Source: an uncultured delta proteobacterium
GTDB lineage: Bacteria > Myxococcota_A > Polyangia > Palsa-1104
NCBI GenBank assembly: GCA_963785725.1
Contig: CAWAWS010000047.1
Span: 96,001-160,000, forward strand
Direction: 5' to 3'
Length of the DNA stretch: 64,000 nucleotides
In this document: one piece after another, positions 1 to 10,930 of the stretch
Position numbering within the stretch: position 1 is the first letter of the stretch
How the letters are laid out: every line of letters begins with the position of its first letter
Made by a program: the position numbers and the translations under genes
The notes under the pieces: generated by a model
What the model was told of the DNA's origin: nothing
Database searches by the model: none
What the model saw: the letters and a program-made list of their open reading frames with translations, nothing else

Positions 1-560
1 GCCAGCGTGTACGCCGTCGACCCAGTCGGCGTCGCCACGATGAGCCCGTCGGCGCGATAACGATTGATGAGCTTGTCGTCCAAGAACGCGTCGAGCTCGA
101 TCAGACGCGCCAACGCGCCTTGGCTGAGGACGGCGTCGTTGCAGGCGTAGCGCGTGATGCGTTCGCCGCTGCCGCGAATGACGTCGCAGCGCAGTCGCAG
201 ACGCTCCTCGAGCGGCAATTCGCCGGCGAGCGCCCGCTCGATCGCCGTCGTCGCATCGGCCGGCGAGCACGACGTCAAGAAGCCCAAGTGCCCCAAGTTG
301 ACGCCGAGAATCGGCACTTTGCGATCGGCGACCAGCGACGCGCCATGCAGCAACGTGCCGTCACCGCCGAGCACGATCAGCAGATCGATCTGATCGTGCA
401 GCTCGGACTCGTCGATGATACGCGCGCCGTGCGGCGACTGATCGTGGTTGCCGATGATGAACGGCTCGTGACCGCGCGCGCGCAGCCATTCCGCCAGCGA
501 CGCGGCGATCTCCACCGCCTCGGGCTTGGCGCGCTTGAGCAGCAGGCCGACGCGACGCAC
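1..560 (-). CDS. nadK: NAD(+) kinase, 3' end outside the window
   Basis: Not in the ORF track. Manual minus-strand translation from GTG at 560: MRRVGLLLKRAKPEAVEIAA...IDLLIVLGGDGTLL...NDAVL...DGLIVATPTGSTAYTLA; GGDGT, ND and TPTGSTAY are NAD kinase motifs. Confidence 0.93.
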   Translation of the reverse strand, partial: MRRVGLLLKRAKPEAVEIAASLAEWLRARGHEPFIIGNHDQSPHGARIIDESELHDQIDLLIVLGGDGTLLHGASLVADRKVPILGVNLGHLGFLTSCSPADATTAIERALAGELPLEERLRLRCDVIRGSGERITRYACNDAVLSQGALARLIELDAFLDDKLINRYRADGLIVATPTGSTAYTL

Positions 561-575
561 GAGCGGCAGTCTACG

Positions 576-1496
576 TCACTTCGGTTGAAACAGGTAACCC
601 TGATGCTGATAGAGACAAATCGAGCCTGGACCTTCTTCGCGCGCCCGCTCCAGTGCGCGCGCGGCCATGCGCATCAAATCGCTCGCGTCGTTGACGTCTT
701 TGCCGGGATAAAACGCGATGCCCATCGACACGACCGGCGAGAGCTCGTCCACTTTCGTGGCCGCCATTTCACGCCGCAAGCGATCGGCACAGGTCAGCGC
801 GCCGACGAGATGCGTATTCGGCAACAGCGCTGCCAGCTCCGACGCGCCATAACGAGCGACGACGTCGATCTGACGCAGCGATCGCATCGTCGCCGCCGCC
901 GTTCCTTGCAGCAAACGATCGACGAAGGTTCCGCCGCGCTGATCCATCAACGTGCGCCAACCTTCGACCGCCAACAAGATCAGCGACAAGGGATCGTTGT
1001 AACGCACCGAGCGCTTGAACTCCTCGTTGATGCGCTCGCCCAAGAACGCGCGATTGCGCAGACCGGTCGTCGCGTCGACGTGCGTGCGCGCTTCACTCTC
1101 GGCGCGGGCGACGCGCAATTCGTCGACGATGGCGCGCGTGCGCAGCAGCGCGCCGACCCGCGCCAACAAACGGTCGACATCGATCGGCGACGTCACCACG
1201 TCGTCCGCGGACGACAGCGCCTGCACGTGCGTCGCGACATCGCCGCGCGCAGTCACGAGGATCACCGGCATGAAACCGAGCTGCGTCTCGCTCTTCATGC
1301 GCGCCGCCATCGCCACGCCGTTCAGCCGCGGCGCGGATTCATCGACGATGACGAGCTCGTGTCGCTCGGCGCGCCACAGCGCGAGCGCCTCTTCACCGTC
1401 CGCCAACACGCGCACGCGATGGCCCGCTTCCGTCAGACGCCGATCGAGCTCGTCGCGCACCGGCGACGGCGGCTCGACGATCAGGATCGTAGACAT
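576..1496 (-). CDS. Receiver domain plus degenerate GGDEF domain protein (PleD/WspR-like architecture)
   Basis: N-terminal REC (ILIVE...LVIVD...VILVTARG); C-terminal DATTGLRNR...[14 protein letters not shown]...SMGIA...RAREEG. Confidence 0.85.
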   Translation of the reverse strand: MSTILIVEPPSPVRDELDRRLTEAGHRVRVLADGEEALALWRAERHELVIVDESAPRLNGVAMAARMKSETQLGFMPVILVTARGDVATHVQALSSADDVVTSPIDVDRLLARVGALLRTRAIVDELRVARAESEARTHVDATTGLRNRAFLGERINEEFKRSVRYNDPLSLILLAVEGWRTLMDQRGGTFVDRLLQGTAAATMRSLRQIDVVARYGASELAALLPNTHLVGALTCADRLRREMAATKVDELSPVVSMGIAFYPGKDVNDASDLMRMAARALERAREEGPGSICLYQHQGYLFQPK

Positions 1497-2761
1497 TCGC
1501 CCACTCGCGCGCGCTCTTCGTCATCGAGCGCGTATGCGTCCATGATCATCTCGTCACGTCGCGCGTCGTCGCCGCGCACCGCTGCCTCCGCGACGGCTCG
1601 CCGCAGCTGCTGCGACGACGACGGGATCGGCAATGCTTCCAAGTGCGAACGCAACACGCGTGGCATCGCATGACGCGCGCGATGCAGCCAGCGCACGCAC
1701 GACGAATTCAGCCACGCTGCCAGAAAATCGAGATCGAGCGCGTCATCTTCGAGGGCAAATGCATTGGCGCTGTTGAGCGTCAGCTGCCCCAACCGATCGA
1801 CCGCCGCAAGCGGATGCGCATGCACGAAGCGATAAACGACTTTGTCGCGATCGTACGCTGTACGAGGCGCCGCCTGCTGTACGCGCTCGAGCGGCACCGC
1901 CAAGCGCCGATTGGGCGGCGCAATGCGCATCGCGGTCACGTCGGTGCCGCCGACGATGGGCTCACCTTTTTCGCCGAGCGCGTGGCGATTGTCGCCGGTC
2001 ACGACGCCCAAGATGAAGCGCACGCGACCACGCAGTCGCTCGGTGGCCGACTCCAGCTTGCGTGCGAGCGTGTGCTCGCGTGCGGACAAGCGCGCGTTGA
2101 TCACGAGCTGATCATCGCGCAGGAACGTCGCTTGCGCCACCGTCCCGTGCGGAGTCGCCGTCATCTGACCGACACGCACATCCGCGTCCAGCTCGCGACG
2201 CGCCACGATCAGCGCCGCCGGCGCGTGTACGCCCGCGAACACGTGACCGAGATGTTGCACGCGCTCGACCGCCGCCCGCTCCAGCAATCGTTGCCGCGCT
2301 TGCCGATGCGCGTCGACTTCGAGCCAAGCTGCCGGGACCAACAGACACAGCCGCCCGCCCGCCGGCAAGAGCGCGAGCGCACAATCGACGAACCGCGTGA
2401 CGGACTCCTGACCGCGCCGAATCGGACCCACGCGACCGGCGCCCCACGGTGGATTGCCGATGACGTAATCGAACGGCCCGCGCGCGCACGTGCCATCCGC
2501 CACTTCAATGGTGGCGGCGTCACCCAAACGTGCCTTTGCGGCCGCGACCGCGACCGGATCGACGTCGGCGCCGTAAAGCCGCGATCCCGGCCAACGACGC
2601 GCGGCTGCCGCCAACCAGGCGCCATCGCCGCAGGCCAAGTCCGCGACAACGCCCCGCGGCGCCGGCAGCGCGGCAAGCGCCGCCTCCACGAGCGCCGCAG
2701 GCGTGTAGTATGCCCCCAGCGCCTTTCGCGCCGCGGATCGGACCGCCGCCTGCTCCGTCAC
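1481..2761 (-). CDS. N6-adenine DNA methyltransferase (gamma class, TaqI/Eco57I-like) with C-terminal specificity region
   Basis: GAYYTP, DLACGDG (motif I), GNPPW (motif IV), then LGVVTGDN and LAAWLNS...LEALPIP typical of TaqI-like C-terminal regions. Confidence 0.85.
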   Translation of the reverse strand: MTEQAAVRSAARKALGAYYTPAALVEAALAALPAPRGVVADLACGDGAWLAAAARRWPGSRLYGADVDPVAVAAAKARLGDAATIEVADGTCARGPFDYVIGNPPWGAGRVGPIRRGQESVTRFVDCALALLPAGGRLCLLVPAAWLEVDAHRQARQRLLERAAVERVQHLGHVFAGVHAPAALIVARRELDADVRVGQMTATPHGTVAQATFLRDDQLVINARLSAREHTLARKLESATERLRGRVRFILGVVTGDNRHALGEKGEPIVGGTDVTAMRIAPPNRRLAVPLERVQQAAPRTAYDRDKVVYRFVHAHPLAAVDRLGQLTLNSANAFALEDDALDLDFLAAWLNSSCVRWLHRARHAMPRVLRSHLEALPIPSSSQQLRRAVAEAAVRGDDARRDEMIMDAYALDDEERARVGECLRS

Positions 2762-2803
2762 CAGTCGTTCGCTCGCATCGCGACACCCATCATATCAAAG
2801 ACC

Positions 2804-2832
2804 TTGACTCCCAACCGTACGCCGCATATAAG
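2804..2832 (+). promoter_or_regulatory. Sigma70 promoter of rplM-rpsI
   Basis: TTGACT-N17-TATAAG ending 38 nt before the rplM ATG. Confidence 0.65.
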
Positions 2833-2869
2833 TCCTGGCCTTGTTTCCAAGGTTTTGGGGATCTTCCAC

Positions 2870-3316
2870 ATGAAGACGTTCTCGATGAAGACCGACGCCG
2901 CCATCACCGACCGCCAGTGGCAGGTCGTGGATGTTGCGGGCATGACTCTGGGCCGCGCCGCGACCCAGATTGCTCACGTCCTGCGCGGCAAGCACAAGCC
3001 GACGTACACGCCGCATGTCGATGCGGGCGACTTCGTTGTCGTTCTCAACGCGAACAAGATCGCGCTGACCGGCAAGAAGATGCAGGGCAAGCTCTACTAC
3101 CGTCACAGCTTGCACCCCGGCGGCCTCACGACGTTCACGGCCGAGCAGCTCCTCGCGCGCAAGCCCGAAGAGTTGATCGAGCGCGCGGTGTGGGGCATGT
3201 TGCCGAAGGGTCCGCTCGGCCGCCGAATCTACAAGAAGCTCAAGGTATACGCGGGCGACAAGCATCCTCACGCGGCTCAGACTCCGGTGGAGCTGAAGCT
3301 CCAGCCGGCCCGCTAA
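2870..3316 (+). CDS. rplM: 50S ribosomal protein L13
   Basis: MKTFS...[13 protein letters not shown]...[21 protein letters not shown]; true start is ATG 2870 inside track ORF 1643..3316. Confidence 0.97.
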   Translation: MKTFSMKTDAAITDRQWQVVDVAGMTLGRAATQIAHVLRGKHKPTYTPHVDAGDFVVVLNANKIALTGKKMQGKLYYRHSLHPGGLTTFTAEQLLARKPEELIERAVWGMLPKGPLGRRIYKKLKVYAGDKHPHAAQTPVELKLQPAR

Positions 3317-3338
3317 AATAGAGAAGAAGGACTAAGAA

Positions 3339-3740
3339 ATGGTCTCAGTCGACAAGAACGCCTTCTACTCCGTCGGTCGCCGTAAGCAGGCGGTCGCGCG
3401 CGTGTGGATGATGCCCGGCACGGGCAAGATTGCCATCAACCGCCGCGACGTGGACGACTACTTCGGCCGCGCGACGTCTAAGATGATTCTTCGCCAGCCG
3501 CTCGAGCTCACCGAGACGCTCGGCCGCTACGACATCTTCATCAACGTCGCCGGCGGCGGCTTGTCGGGTCAGGCGGACGCCATCCGCCACGGCATCACCC
3601 GCGCGCTGATGAAGATCAACATCTCGTTCCGGCCCGCTCTCAAAAAAGAGGGCTACGTCACCCGCGACCCGCGCATCAAAGAGCGCAAGAAGTACGGTCA
3701 GCGTGGTGCGCGCGCCCGGTTCCAGTTCAGCAAGCGCTAA
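3339..3740 (+). CDS. rpsI: 30S ribosomal protein S9
   Basis: [10 protein letters not shown]...[15 protein letters not shown]...[19 protein letters not shown]; follows rplM. Confidence 0.97.
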   Translation: MVSVDKNAFYSVGRRKQAVARVWMMPGTGKIAINRRDVDDYFGRATSKMILRQPLELTETLGRYDIFINVAGGGLSGQADAIRHGITRALMKINISFRPALKKEGYVTRDPRIKERKKYGQRGARARFQFSKR

Positions 3741-3743
3741 ACG

Positions 3744-4784
3744 TTGGAACGGCTGCCGGTCGCGGTCGTCGGAGCGTCCGGTTACGCAGGAGCCGAGCTC
3801 GTTCGGCTCCTGCTGCAACACCCTCGCGTTCAGCTTCACGGTCTCTACGCGCAGCGTAAGGCCGGCGAAGAAATCTCCAAAGACTTCCCACAGTTCACGG
3901 GCATTCTTCAGGGACGATATCAGGCGTTCGACGCCGATTCGATCGCCCGCGAGCACGCGGTCGCCTTCTTGGCGCTGCCGCACGGCGAGAGCGCTCGGGC
4001 GGCGCGCGAGCTGCGTGCGCGCGACGTCACGGTGCTCGATCTGTCGGCCGATTTGCGGCTAGGGTCCTCCGAGATCTACGCTGAGTGGTACGGCCAGCAT
4101 GCAGCGCCCGAGCTGCTGCCGCACGCCGTCTACGGCCTGGTCGAGCGTCATCGCCACGAGCTGCCCAACGCGCGCTTGATCGCAGTGCCGGGCTGCTATC
4201 CGACGGCAGCGATCTTGTCCTTGGCGCCGCTGCTCGATGCCAAGCTCATTGCCCCCGAAGGCATCATCGTCGACGCGAAGAGCGGCACGTCGGGCGCCGG
4301 TCGCGAGGCGCAACGATCGACGAACTTTTCGGAAGTCGGCGAAGGCGTGCGCGCTTATAAGGTCGCGGCGCATCGCCACACGCCGGAGATCGAGCAGGAG
4401 CTCGAACGCGCGGCGGGCTGCGCGCTACGGCTGACGTTCACGCCGCACCTCATGCCGATGACGCGCGGCATCCTCGCGACCTGTTATGCGACGCCGACCG
4501 ACCGCGAGCGCCCGGCGCAAGCTTACGCGGATGCGCTGCGTGCGGCGTATGCGAACGAGCCGTTCGTCACGGTCGTCGACCAGCCGCCGGACACGACGCA
4601 TGTGCGCGGCTGCAATCGCGTGCAGGTCGGCGCTTGGTATGACGCGCGCGCCGGCCGCGTCATCGTCTGCGGCGTCATCGACAACCTCGTCAAAGGCGCG
4701 GCGGGGCAGGCGCTGCAGTGCTTGAACGTCATGCGCGGCTGGCCCGAAACGACGGGCCTCGAAGCCACCGCAATCTTCCCGTAA
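3744..4784 (+). CDS. argC: N-acetyl-gamma-glutamyl-phosphate reductase
   Basis: GASGYAGAEL, LALPHG, DLSADLR, PGCYPT, SGTSGAG, HRHTPEI, DNLVKGAAGQA. Confidence 0.96.
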   Translation: MERLPVAVVGASGYAGAELVRLLLQHPRVQLHGLYAQRKAGEEISKDFPQFTGILQGRYQAFDADSIAREHAVAFLALPHGESARAARELRARDVTVLDLSADLRLGSSEIYAEWYGQHAAPELLPHAVYGLVERHRHELPNARLIAVPGCYPTAAILSLAPLLDAKLIAPEGIIVDAKSGTSGAGREAQRSTNFSEVGEGVRAYKVAAHRHTPEIEQELERAAGCALRLTFTPHLMPMTRGILATCYATPTDRERPAQAYADALRAAYANEPFVTVVDQPPDTTHVRGCNRVQVGAWYDARAGRVIVCGVIDNLVKGAAGQALQCLNVMRGWPETTGLEATAIFP

Positions 4785-5158
4785 GTCGCGCCAGATCACG
4801 CACAGCTCGATCGCTTCCGATGGCATTCTGTCGACCGCGTTAGACGCTCGTTCCAGCCGCGGTAGTCGGCGGATTCGTGACGCATCAGCCACGTCAGCAA
4901 CTATTGACATTCTAGTCATTACGAATAATTAGACAGCATTCCTGATTCGAGATTATGACGCACTTGCGCGTTCGAATCGGATCCGTCGCGATCCTTGCGA
5001 GCGCTGAGCCCCTGGGTCATCGGTACGGTCGGTCAAGCTCGGGGCGACACGGGATCTTCAACGTGCAACGGCGGCAAACTGCGAACGTGCGACGCTCGTC
5101 CAGCGACCCATCCGTCGCCGTCAGCGCTCGGGAGGCGGCTGCCGTGTAAGATGGGATT

Positions 5159-6580
5159 GTGGCGCGCCGCGTGCCGATTCTCGCCAAGCTGCTGGGCGCA
5201 TATCTCGTGCCCGCGCTGGCGACATTTGCTGGCTTCGGCCTTGTCGCCCACTACGTCGCGCGTCGCGCGCTCGAAGACGAGCTCGGCCGACGACTGTCCG
5301 CCGTCGCCGCCGCCACCGCCGCGCAGCTCGCCGACGAAAACCTCACCCTACTCTCGCCCGGCGACGAACAGACGCGCACCTACCGCAACGTGCAGCGGCG
5401 CCTACGCGAGCTCGCGTCCGCGACCGGTGCTGCGCGTATCTACGTCTTCGCCGCCGATCGCACTTCGCGCTGCGACACGCGCGACGACATCGCCATCGGC
5501 GATCGCTACTACGCGCTCGACGGATCGCAGTCCGAGCTGCGCCAGGTCTTCGCCGGCAACGCCGCGTCGTCCGTCCTCTTCCGCGGCCGTGACGGCGCAT
5601 TGTACAAATCGGGCTTCGCCCCGCTGCGCGGCGACGCGTCGACGATCCCGTTCGCGGTCGGGGTCGATGGCGCGGCGTCGCTGTACGCGCAGCTAGCCGG
5701 CTTTCGCCGCACGTTGGTCGCGCTCGGATTGGCGGGCACGCTGGTCATGGTGTTGCTCTCGATCTTGGTCGCGCGCCGACTCGTGCGACCCGTGCGACGG
5801 CTGGCGCGCGCCGCCGAACGCATCGGCGGCGGCGATCTCGATGAGCCCGTGGCAGCGACGTCGCGCGATGAAATCGGCCTCTTCGCCGATACGATGGAGC
5901 AGATGCGCCAACAGCTGCGCGCCCGCGATGAGCGCATGCAGATGATGCTGGCCGGGATCGCTCACGAGGTGCGTAATCCGCTCGGCGGCGTCGAGCTGTA
6001 CGCGGGACTCTTGCGTGAAGATCTCGCCGGCGACAGCGAGAAGCTGCAACACGTCGCGCGCATCGAGCGTGAGCTCGGCCGATTGGCGACGATCGTGAAC
6101 GACTTCCTCGAATATGCGCGCCGTCCCAAGCCGAGCTTCGCGCCCTGCAACATCGCGGAGCTGCTGGCTGAAGTGCGCGACCTGGCGCTCGCGAGCGCGC
6201 AGCCGCGTCATGTCGCGGTTGAGCTCGCAGCCGAGCCTGCGCGCGTCGCCGGCGACGAAGGCCAGCTGCGGCGCGCGCTCGTGAACCTCGCGCAAAATGC
6301 CGTTCAAGCCTGCCCCGAAGACGGCAGCGGCCGCGTTACCCTCGGCTGCGCGCACGCCGGCGGCGAGATCGTGATCACCGTCCGAGACACCGGCAGCGGC
6401 ATCGACGCCGAGACCCTCGCGCGCATCTGGACGCCGTTCTATACGACCAAACAGAGCGGCACCGGGCTCGGCCTCGCCTTCGTCCGCGACATCGCCAGCG
6501 ATCACGGTGCGCGACTTGCAGTCGAGAGCGATCCCGGGCGCGGCACCACGTTCACCCTCGCCCTGCCGGAGGCTTCGTAG
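5159..6580 (+). CDS. Membrane sensor histidine kinase (2 TM, HAMP, HisKA, HATPase)
   Basis: Two hydrophobic segments, HAMP (RPVRRL...DEIG), H-box [30 protein letters not shown]. Confidence 0.93.
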   Translation: MARRVPILAKLLGAYLVPALATFAGFGLVAHYVARRALEDELGRRLSAVAAATAAQLADENLTLLSPGDEQTRTYRNVQRRLRELASATGAARIYVFAADRTSRCDTRDDIAIGDRYYALDGSQSELRQVFAGNAASSVLFRGRDGALYKSGFAPLRGDASTIPFAVGVDGAASLYAQLAGFRRTLVALGLAGTLVMVLLSILVARRLVRPVRRLARAAERIGGGDLDEPVAATSRDEIGLFADTMEQMRQQLRARDERMQMMLAGIAHEVRNPLGGVELYAGLLREDLAGDSEKLQHVARIERELGRLATIVNDFLEYARRPKPSFAPCNIAELLAEVRDLALASAQPRHVAVELAAEPARVAGDEGQLRRALVNLAQNAVQACPEDGSGRVTLGCAHAGGEIVITVRDTGSGIDAETLARIWTPFYTTKQSGTGLGLAFVRDIASDHGARLAVESDPGRGTTFTLALPEAS

Positions 6581-7977
6581 TGGCGACTATCCTCATCATC
6601 GACGACAACGAGACGATTCGCGAAGGCTTGGCGCACATCGTCAAGAAGATGGGCCATTTGACGCTCGCCGCGCGTAGCGGAAAAGAGGGCGTCGAGCGCT
6701 TCAAGCAGACGCCGGCCGACTTCGTCATCACCGATCTGAAGATGGACGGAATCGACGGCGTCGACGTCTTGCGCGCGGTGCGCGAGATCGATCCAGATTG
6801 CCCGGCGATGATCATCACGGCATTCGGCACGATCGAAACCGCCGTCGAAGCGATGAAGTTGGGCGCCTTCGACTTTCTCATCAAACCGTTCGCGCCCGAA
6901 GTCGTGCGCCTCAAAGTCGAACGCGCGCTCGAGCTGCGCAACGCCCGGCGCGCCAAAGGTCGTCTCGAAGCCGAGAACGCCTATTTGCGCGGCGAAGAGT
7001 CGCTGCGTCTCGGCGAAATCGTCGGCGGATCGGAGCCGATGCGACGCGTCTTCGGCATCGTCGAGCGCGTCGCGCCCACCGATACGTCGGTCGCGGTCTA
7101 TGGCGAATCGGGCACCGGCAAGGAGCTCGTCGCGCGCGCCATCCACCAGCGCTCGCGCCGCGCACAAGGACCGTTCATCAAGGTCAACTGCGGCGCGCTC
7201 GTCGAGACCTTGCTCGAATCGGAGCTGTTCGGTCACGAGAAGGGCGCATTCACCGGCGCCATCAAGCGCAAGCTCGGACGCTTCGAGCTCGCCGACGGCG
7301 GCACCCTCTTCCTCGACGAAATCGGTGACGTTTCGCCGGCGATGCAGACCAAGCTGTTGCGCGTGCTGCAAGAGCGCGACTTCGAGCGCGTCGGCGGCGA
7401 GACGAGCATCAAAGTCGACGTCCGCGTCATTTCCGCGACGAACAAAGATCTGACACGCGAAGTGGCCGAAGGTCGTTTCCGCGAAGATCTCTATTATCGG
7501 CTGCAGGTCGTTCCTATCGTGATCGCGCCGCTGCGCGAACGAAAGAGCGACATTCCGCTGTTGGTCGAGCACTTCATTCGCCGACTGGCGCCGAAGACGA
7601 ATCCGATGATCACGGCGATCGACGACACCGCCATGGCGCGGCTACTCGCGTATCGTTGGCCGGGGAACGTGCGCGAGCTCGAGAACGTCATCGAGCAGGC
7701 GCTGGTATTCTCGGATGGCGATCGCATCGTCTCCGACGCGCTGCCAGCGGCCGTGCGCGGCGAAACGGCGACCCACGACGCGCATCCGCAAACAGCCGAT
7801 CGACTGCCGCTGCCTGCGGGAACGATGGCGCTGCCGGACCTGCTCGATGATCTCGAACGACAGCTCATCTTGAAGGCGTACACGCAGGCCAAAGGCGTCA
7901 AGACCGAGACGGCGCGGCTGCTCGGTATCAAGACGAGCGCGCTCTACTACAAGTTGGAAAAGTACGGGATCGGCTGA
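6580..7977 (+). CDS. Sigma54-dependent response regulator (NtrC family, REC-AAA+-Fis HTH)
   Basis: IIDDN...TDLKM receiver, [30 protein letters not shown]-terminal HTH; start overlaps the kinase stop. Confidence 0.95.
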   Translation: MATILIIDDNETIREGLAHIVKKMGHLTLAARSGKEGVERFKQTPADFVITDLKMDGIDGVDVLRAVREIDPDCPAMIITAFGTIETAVEAMKLGAFDFLIKPFAPEVVRLKVERALELRNARRAKGRLEAENAYLRGEESLRLGEIVGGSEPMRRVFGIVERVAPTDTSVAVYGESGTGKELVARAIHQRSRRAQGPFIKVNCGALVETLLESELFGHEKGAFTGAIKRKLGRFELADGGTLFLDEIGDVSPAMQTKLLRVLQERDFERVGGETSIKVDVRVISATNKDLTREVAEGRFREDLYYRLQVVPIVIAPLRERKSDIPLLVEHFIRRLAPKTNPMITAIDDTAMARLLAYRWPGNVRELENVIEQALVFSDGDRIVSDALPAAVRGETATHDAHPQTADRLPLPAGTMALPDLLDDLERQLILKAYTQAKGVKTETARLLGIKTSALYYKLEKYGIG

Positions 7978-8040
7978 GAGCACCTCGAAAAACTGAGGGG
8001 TACGAGACGTAAGTGTCGCGATTGCCAAGCACTTGGCGCG

Positions 8041-8056
8041 CGGCATGCCGGTTGCG
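8041..8056 (+). promoter_or_regulatory. Sigma54 -24/-12 promoter
   Basis: CGGCATGCCGGTTGCG (GG-N10-GC) just downstream of the NtrC-family gene and upstream of the 8073 ORF. Confidence 0.6.
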
Positions 8057-8072
8057 TATGCTAATGCCCGAG

Positions 8073-9137
8073 ATGCGGCTTGCAGGAGCGTTGTTCGTGC
8101 TGCTCGCGGCGACAACGCCGGCGCGCGCCGACGTGTGGGCCGACCTCGCCGCCACCGAACGCGCGATCGGACAGCTCGACAGCGCACGCGCGCAAGTCGA
8201 AGGCCGTCGTCGCGAGCTCGAGCAGCAGAGCCGGGAGCTGGCCGCGCAGATCGAAGCCACGAAAGCCGAGCCGGCCGGCGTTCGTCGCGACCTGAAGCTG
8301 CAAGAGCTGCTGGCCGGGCAACGCGCCAAAAGTGACGAGCTCGAGCACCTGACGTCCGACCTGCGCGGCCGAGTGTCGCTGCTGGCCGGCGCCCGCCGTA
8401 AGCTGTTGGCCGATTGCGATCGCGCGCTCTCGCTGCCGCTGCCGGAAGCAAAGCGGCTCGAGCTCTCGCGACTGCGCACGGCGCAGGCGACTTCGCTGGC
8501 GCAAACCGATCGTCCGCTCGGCGTGGCGCGGCCGACCGCCGATCCACTCGACGGACCGCGTGAGCTGCAAGACAAAGCGGACCTCTTACGCGACTCGGGC
8601 GACAAGCTGCGCCACGAAGTGCAGCGCTTGGCGCAGCGCATCGACAACGTCGAGCGGCGTCGTCATCTGCGCGAGCGAGCGGGCGCGATCGATGAGGATC
8701 TGTTCGGCGAGTCGGTGTCCAATCGTCATTCGGCGCGCATCACGTCGTTGAACAACAGCACGTTTTCGCCGACGGCCGGAGCGACGGGCGGAGCCGCCGG
8801 CGCGGGTGGGAGCAGCGGCGGCTCGGCGCCGACCGGCGGCGGCGCCGGCGCCGCACCCACCGGCGGCGGCACGAACAGCGGCTTCGGGAACGCGCCGACC
8901 TCGCCCGGCTCGACGAACAATACGGCGCCGCCGAACGACACGACATTGGCGCTGCGCAATCTCGTCGATCCGGCGACGCTCGATGAGTTGCGCCGGGCGG
9001 ATAGCGGCGACGATCTCGAGCGCCAGCTGCGGGCGCTGCGTCGTGCGCAGGGCGAGCTCGACGGTCTGGCCAAGGAGCTCGACCGGCGCGCGCACGATCT
9101 GTCGACGCGAGCTGACGAGCTGAGGCACAAGAAGTAG
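8073..9137 (+). CDS. Exported coiled-coil protein with Gly-rich linker, function unknown
   Basis: Signal peptide MRLAGALFVLLAATTPARA-D, long heptad-like helical segments, GGAAGAGGSSGG linker; start chosen within track ORF 8013..9137. Confidence 0.7.
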   Translation: MRLAGALFVLLAATTPARADVWADLAATERAIGQLDSARAQVEGRRRELEQQSRELAAQIEATKAEPAGVRRDLKLQELLAGQRAKSDELEHLTSDLRGRVSLLAGARRKLLADCDRALSLPLPEAKRLELSRLRTAQATSLAQTDRPLGVARPTADPLDGPRELQDKADLLRDSGDKLRHEVQRLAQRIDNVERRRHLRERAGAIDEDLFGESVSNRHSARITSLNNSTFSPTAGATGGAAGAGGSSGGSAPTGGGAGAAPTGGGTNSGFGNAPTSPGSTNNTAPPNDTTLALRNLVDPATLDELRRADSGDDLERQLRALRRAQGELDGLAKELDRRAHDLSTRADELRHKK

Positions 9138-9149
9138 TAAGATCGGCGC

Positions 9150-10253
9150 GTGCACGGTCTCGTCGCGCTGGCGGTAGTGCGGTTCGGCCTGCAGCTATCG
9201 CTCGGCCCCGAGTACGACAGCAACGCCAACCGCGCGGAAGTCGTCGCCAATGTCGCGTCGCCCGATCAAGCAACGGGCAGCTTCCTGTTGCGCTCGACAG
9301 CGTCCGGTCAGCTCGCCTGGCGCAGCGGCGGCAACTTGTTCCGCGCTACCGCTGGAGTCGGCGGCAAGGTCTTCTTCAATCCCGCGGTCGCCGATCAGGA
9401 TGTGTTCGTCGTGCAAGCGGCGGCCGAAGATCGCGTGCGCGTGACGCGCTTTTTGCACCTCGCGCTCAACAGCGACTACTACGATGCCTGGCAGCGTCCG
9501 ATCGAGCCCTATCGCCACCGCGACTTCCGCAGCGGCTCCGCCGTCGCGCGCGTCTACTTCGTCGATCGAATCGGCGAAGTGCAGCTCTCGGGCGGTTACC
9601 GCGGCTTTCAGTACAAACCCGATCCCGAGTCCGACTTCGAAGCAGCGCAAGCGAGCGCCAATGTCATCACGCGTGAGCACTTCGGGCGCAACGCCGACCA
9701 CGAGCTCGACATCTTCGCCAGCTACCACTTCGAGCACCGCGACTTCGCAGGCGTCTCGCAATACAACCAGTGTCCGCTCGGCGCACCGATCACCGACAGC
9801 TGCCTGCTTCCCGGTCGCCGCCGCCGCGACACGTTCGAAGAGGGCGGCATCGAGCTGACCTACGTCGGTCCACTGCTCGTCGGACTCGGTTACGGCGCGC
9901 AGATCAACACCTCGAACAGCTTCGGCCAGTCGCTGCTGCGCAACATGCTGACCTTGAAGCTCGCCATTCGATTGCCGTTCAGCCTGTACGCGACGTTGAA
10001 AGCGCAGCTGTACATCACCAAGTATCTCGATCCGGTGCTGCTCGATCACATCTTCAACTCGCAGACGTTCGTCACCATCGACGACGAGAATCGCAACGCC
10101 GTGCTGATCGATCTAGAGCGTCCGATCGCGTCAATCGGGCTGTCGGTCAACGCGCGCTATTCGGTGTACACGAACGAGCTGTCGTCCTCGAACGACTCCT
10201 TCTTTCGGCAAGTGATCTACCTCGGGTTGACCTATCGCGCGGGTGCGCGTTAA
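9150..10253 (+). CDS. Probable outer-membrane beta-barrel protein, function unknown
   Basis: Alternating hydrophobic beta strands throughout, EYDSN near the N terminus, C-terminal VIYLGLTYR resembling a beta-signal. Confidence 0.6.
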   Translation: MHGLVALAVVRFGLQLSLGPEYDSNANRAEVVANVASPDQATGSFLLRSTASGQLAWRSGGNLFRATAGVGGKVFFNPAVADQDVFVVQAAAEDRVRVTRFLHLALNSDYYDAWQRPIEPYRHRDFRSGSAVARVYFVDRIGEVQLSGGYRGFQYKPDPESDFEAAQASANVITREHFGRNADHELDIFASYHFEHRDFAGVSQYNQCPLGAPITDSCLLPGRRRRDTFEEGGIELTYVGPLLVGLGYGAQINTSNSFGQSLLRNMLTLKLAIRLPFSLYATLKAQLYITKYLDPVLLDHIFNSQTFVTIDDENRNAVLIDLERPIASIGLSVNARYSVYTNELSSSNDSFFRQVIYLGLTYRAGAR

Positions 10254-10261
10254 ATCGACGC

Positions 10262-10918
10262 GTGGCGCTGCGCAACGCGTACGACGCGCTGAGCGAAGAC
10301 GAGCTCGTACAAGCCGTGCTCGCGCGCGAGCCGGCTGCGTGGCCAACGTTTTTCGCGCGCTACGAGCGACTGGTCATCAGCTGCGTGCGCAAAGTGCTGA
10401 TTCGTTGGGGCGCGTCCTTCAACGAAGAGGACCTGGAAGATCTCGTTTCGGCGACGGCCCTGAACATCGTCAAAGACGACTACAAGAAGCTGCGCGCGTT
10501 CGATCCCAAACGCGGCTACAAGTTGTCGAGCTGGATCGGGCTCATCGCCACCAACAGCGCGCATGACTCCTTGCGCCGGCGCGCGCCGACCGAGGTCTGG
10601 TCCGCAGTCGCGCTCGATGACACGGCCCCGATCGCGCTCGAGAGCGAGGATGCGCTGGCATCCGATCGGCTCGAAGCGCAGGACGAAGCGCGCGAGCTCA
10701 ACGCCGCGATCGCCGAGCTGTCGCCTGCGGAACGGCTGTTCGTCAGCTACTACTACATGCAGGAGCTCGACCCCGAAGTCATCGCGCAGCTGATGTCGAT
10801 TTCGATCAATACGGTCTACAGCCGCAAGAATAAGATTCGCGAGAAGCTGCGCGCAATCGTGAGCAGAAACCAATCCGGTGCCGGTCGCGTCCGGAAGGGC
10901 GACGCGCCGCACGCGTAG
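10262..10918 (+). CDS. ECF sigma-70 factor
   Basis: Region 2 (AWPTFFARYERLV...EDLV...FDPKRGYKLSSWIGLIATN) and region 4 (LSPAER...EVIAQLMSISINTVYSRKNKIREKL); real start GTG 10262 inside track ORF 9770..10918. Confidence 0.88.
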   Translation: MALRNAYDALSEDELVQAVLAREPAAWPTFFARYERLVISCVRKVLIRWGASFNEEDLEDLVSATALNIVKDDYKKLRAFDPKRGYKLSSWIGLIATNSAHDSLRRRAPTEVWSAVALDDTAPIALESEDALASDRLEAQDEARELNAAIAELSPAERLFVSYYYMQELDPEVIAQLMSISINTVYSRKNKIREKLRAIVSRNQSGAGRVRKGDAPHA

Positions 10919-10930
10919 CACGAGAGTGAA

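Noticed and set aside
120..2869. Long plus-strand ORFs 120..1673 and the N-terminal extension of 1643..3316
   Set aside because: Antisense shadows of nadK, the GGDEF gene and the methylase, typical of high-GC DNA; only the L13 part is real
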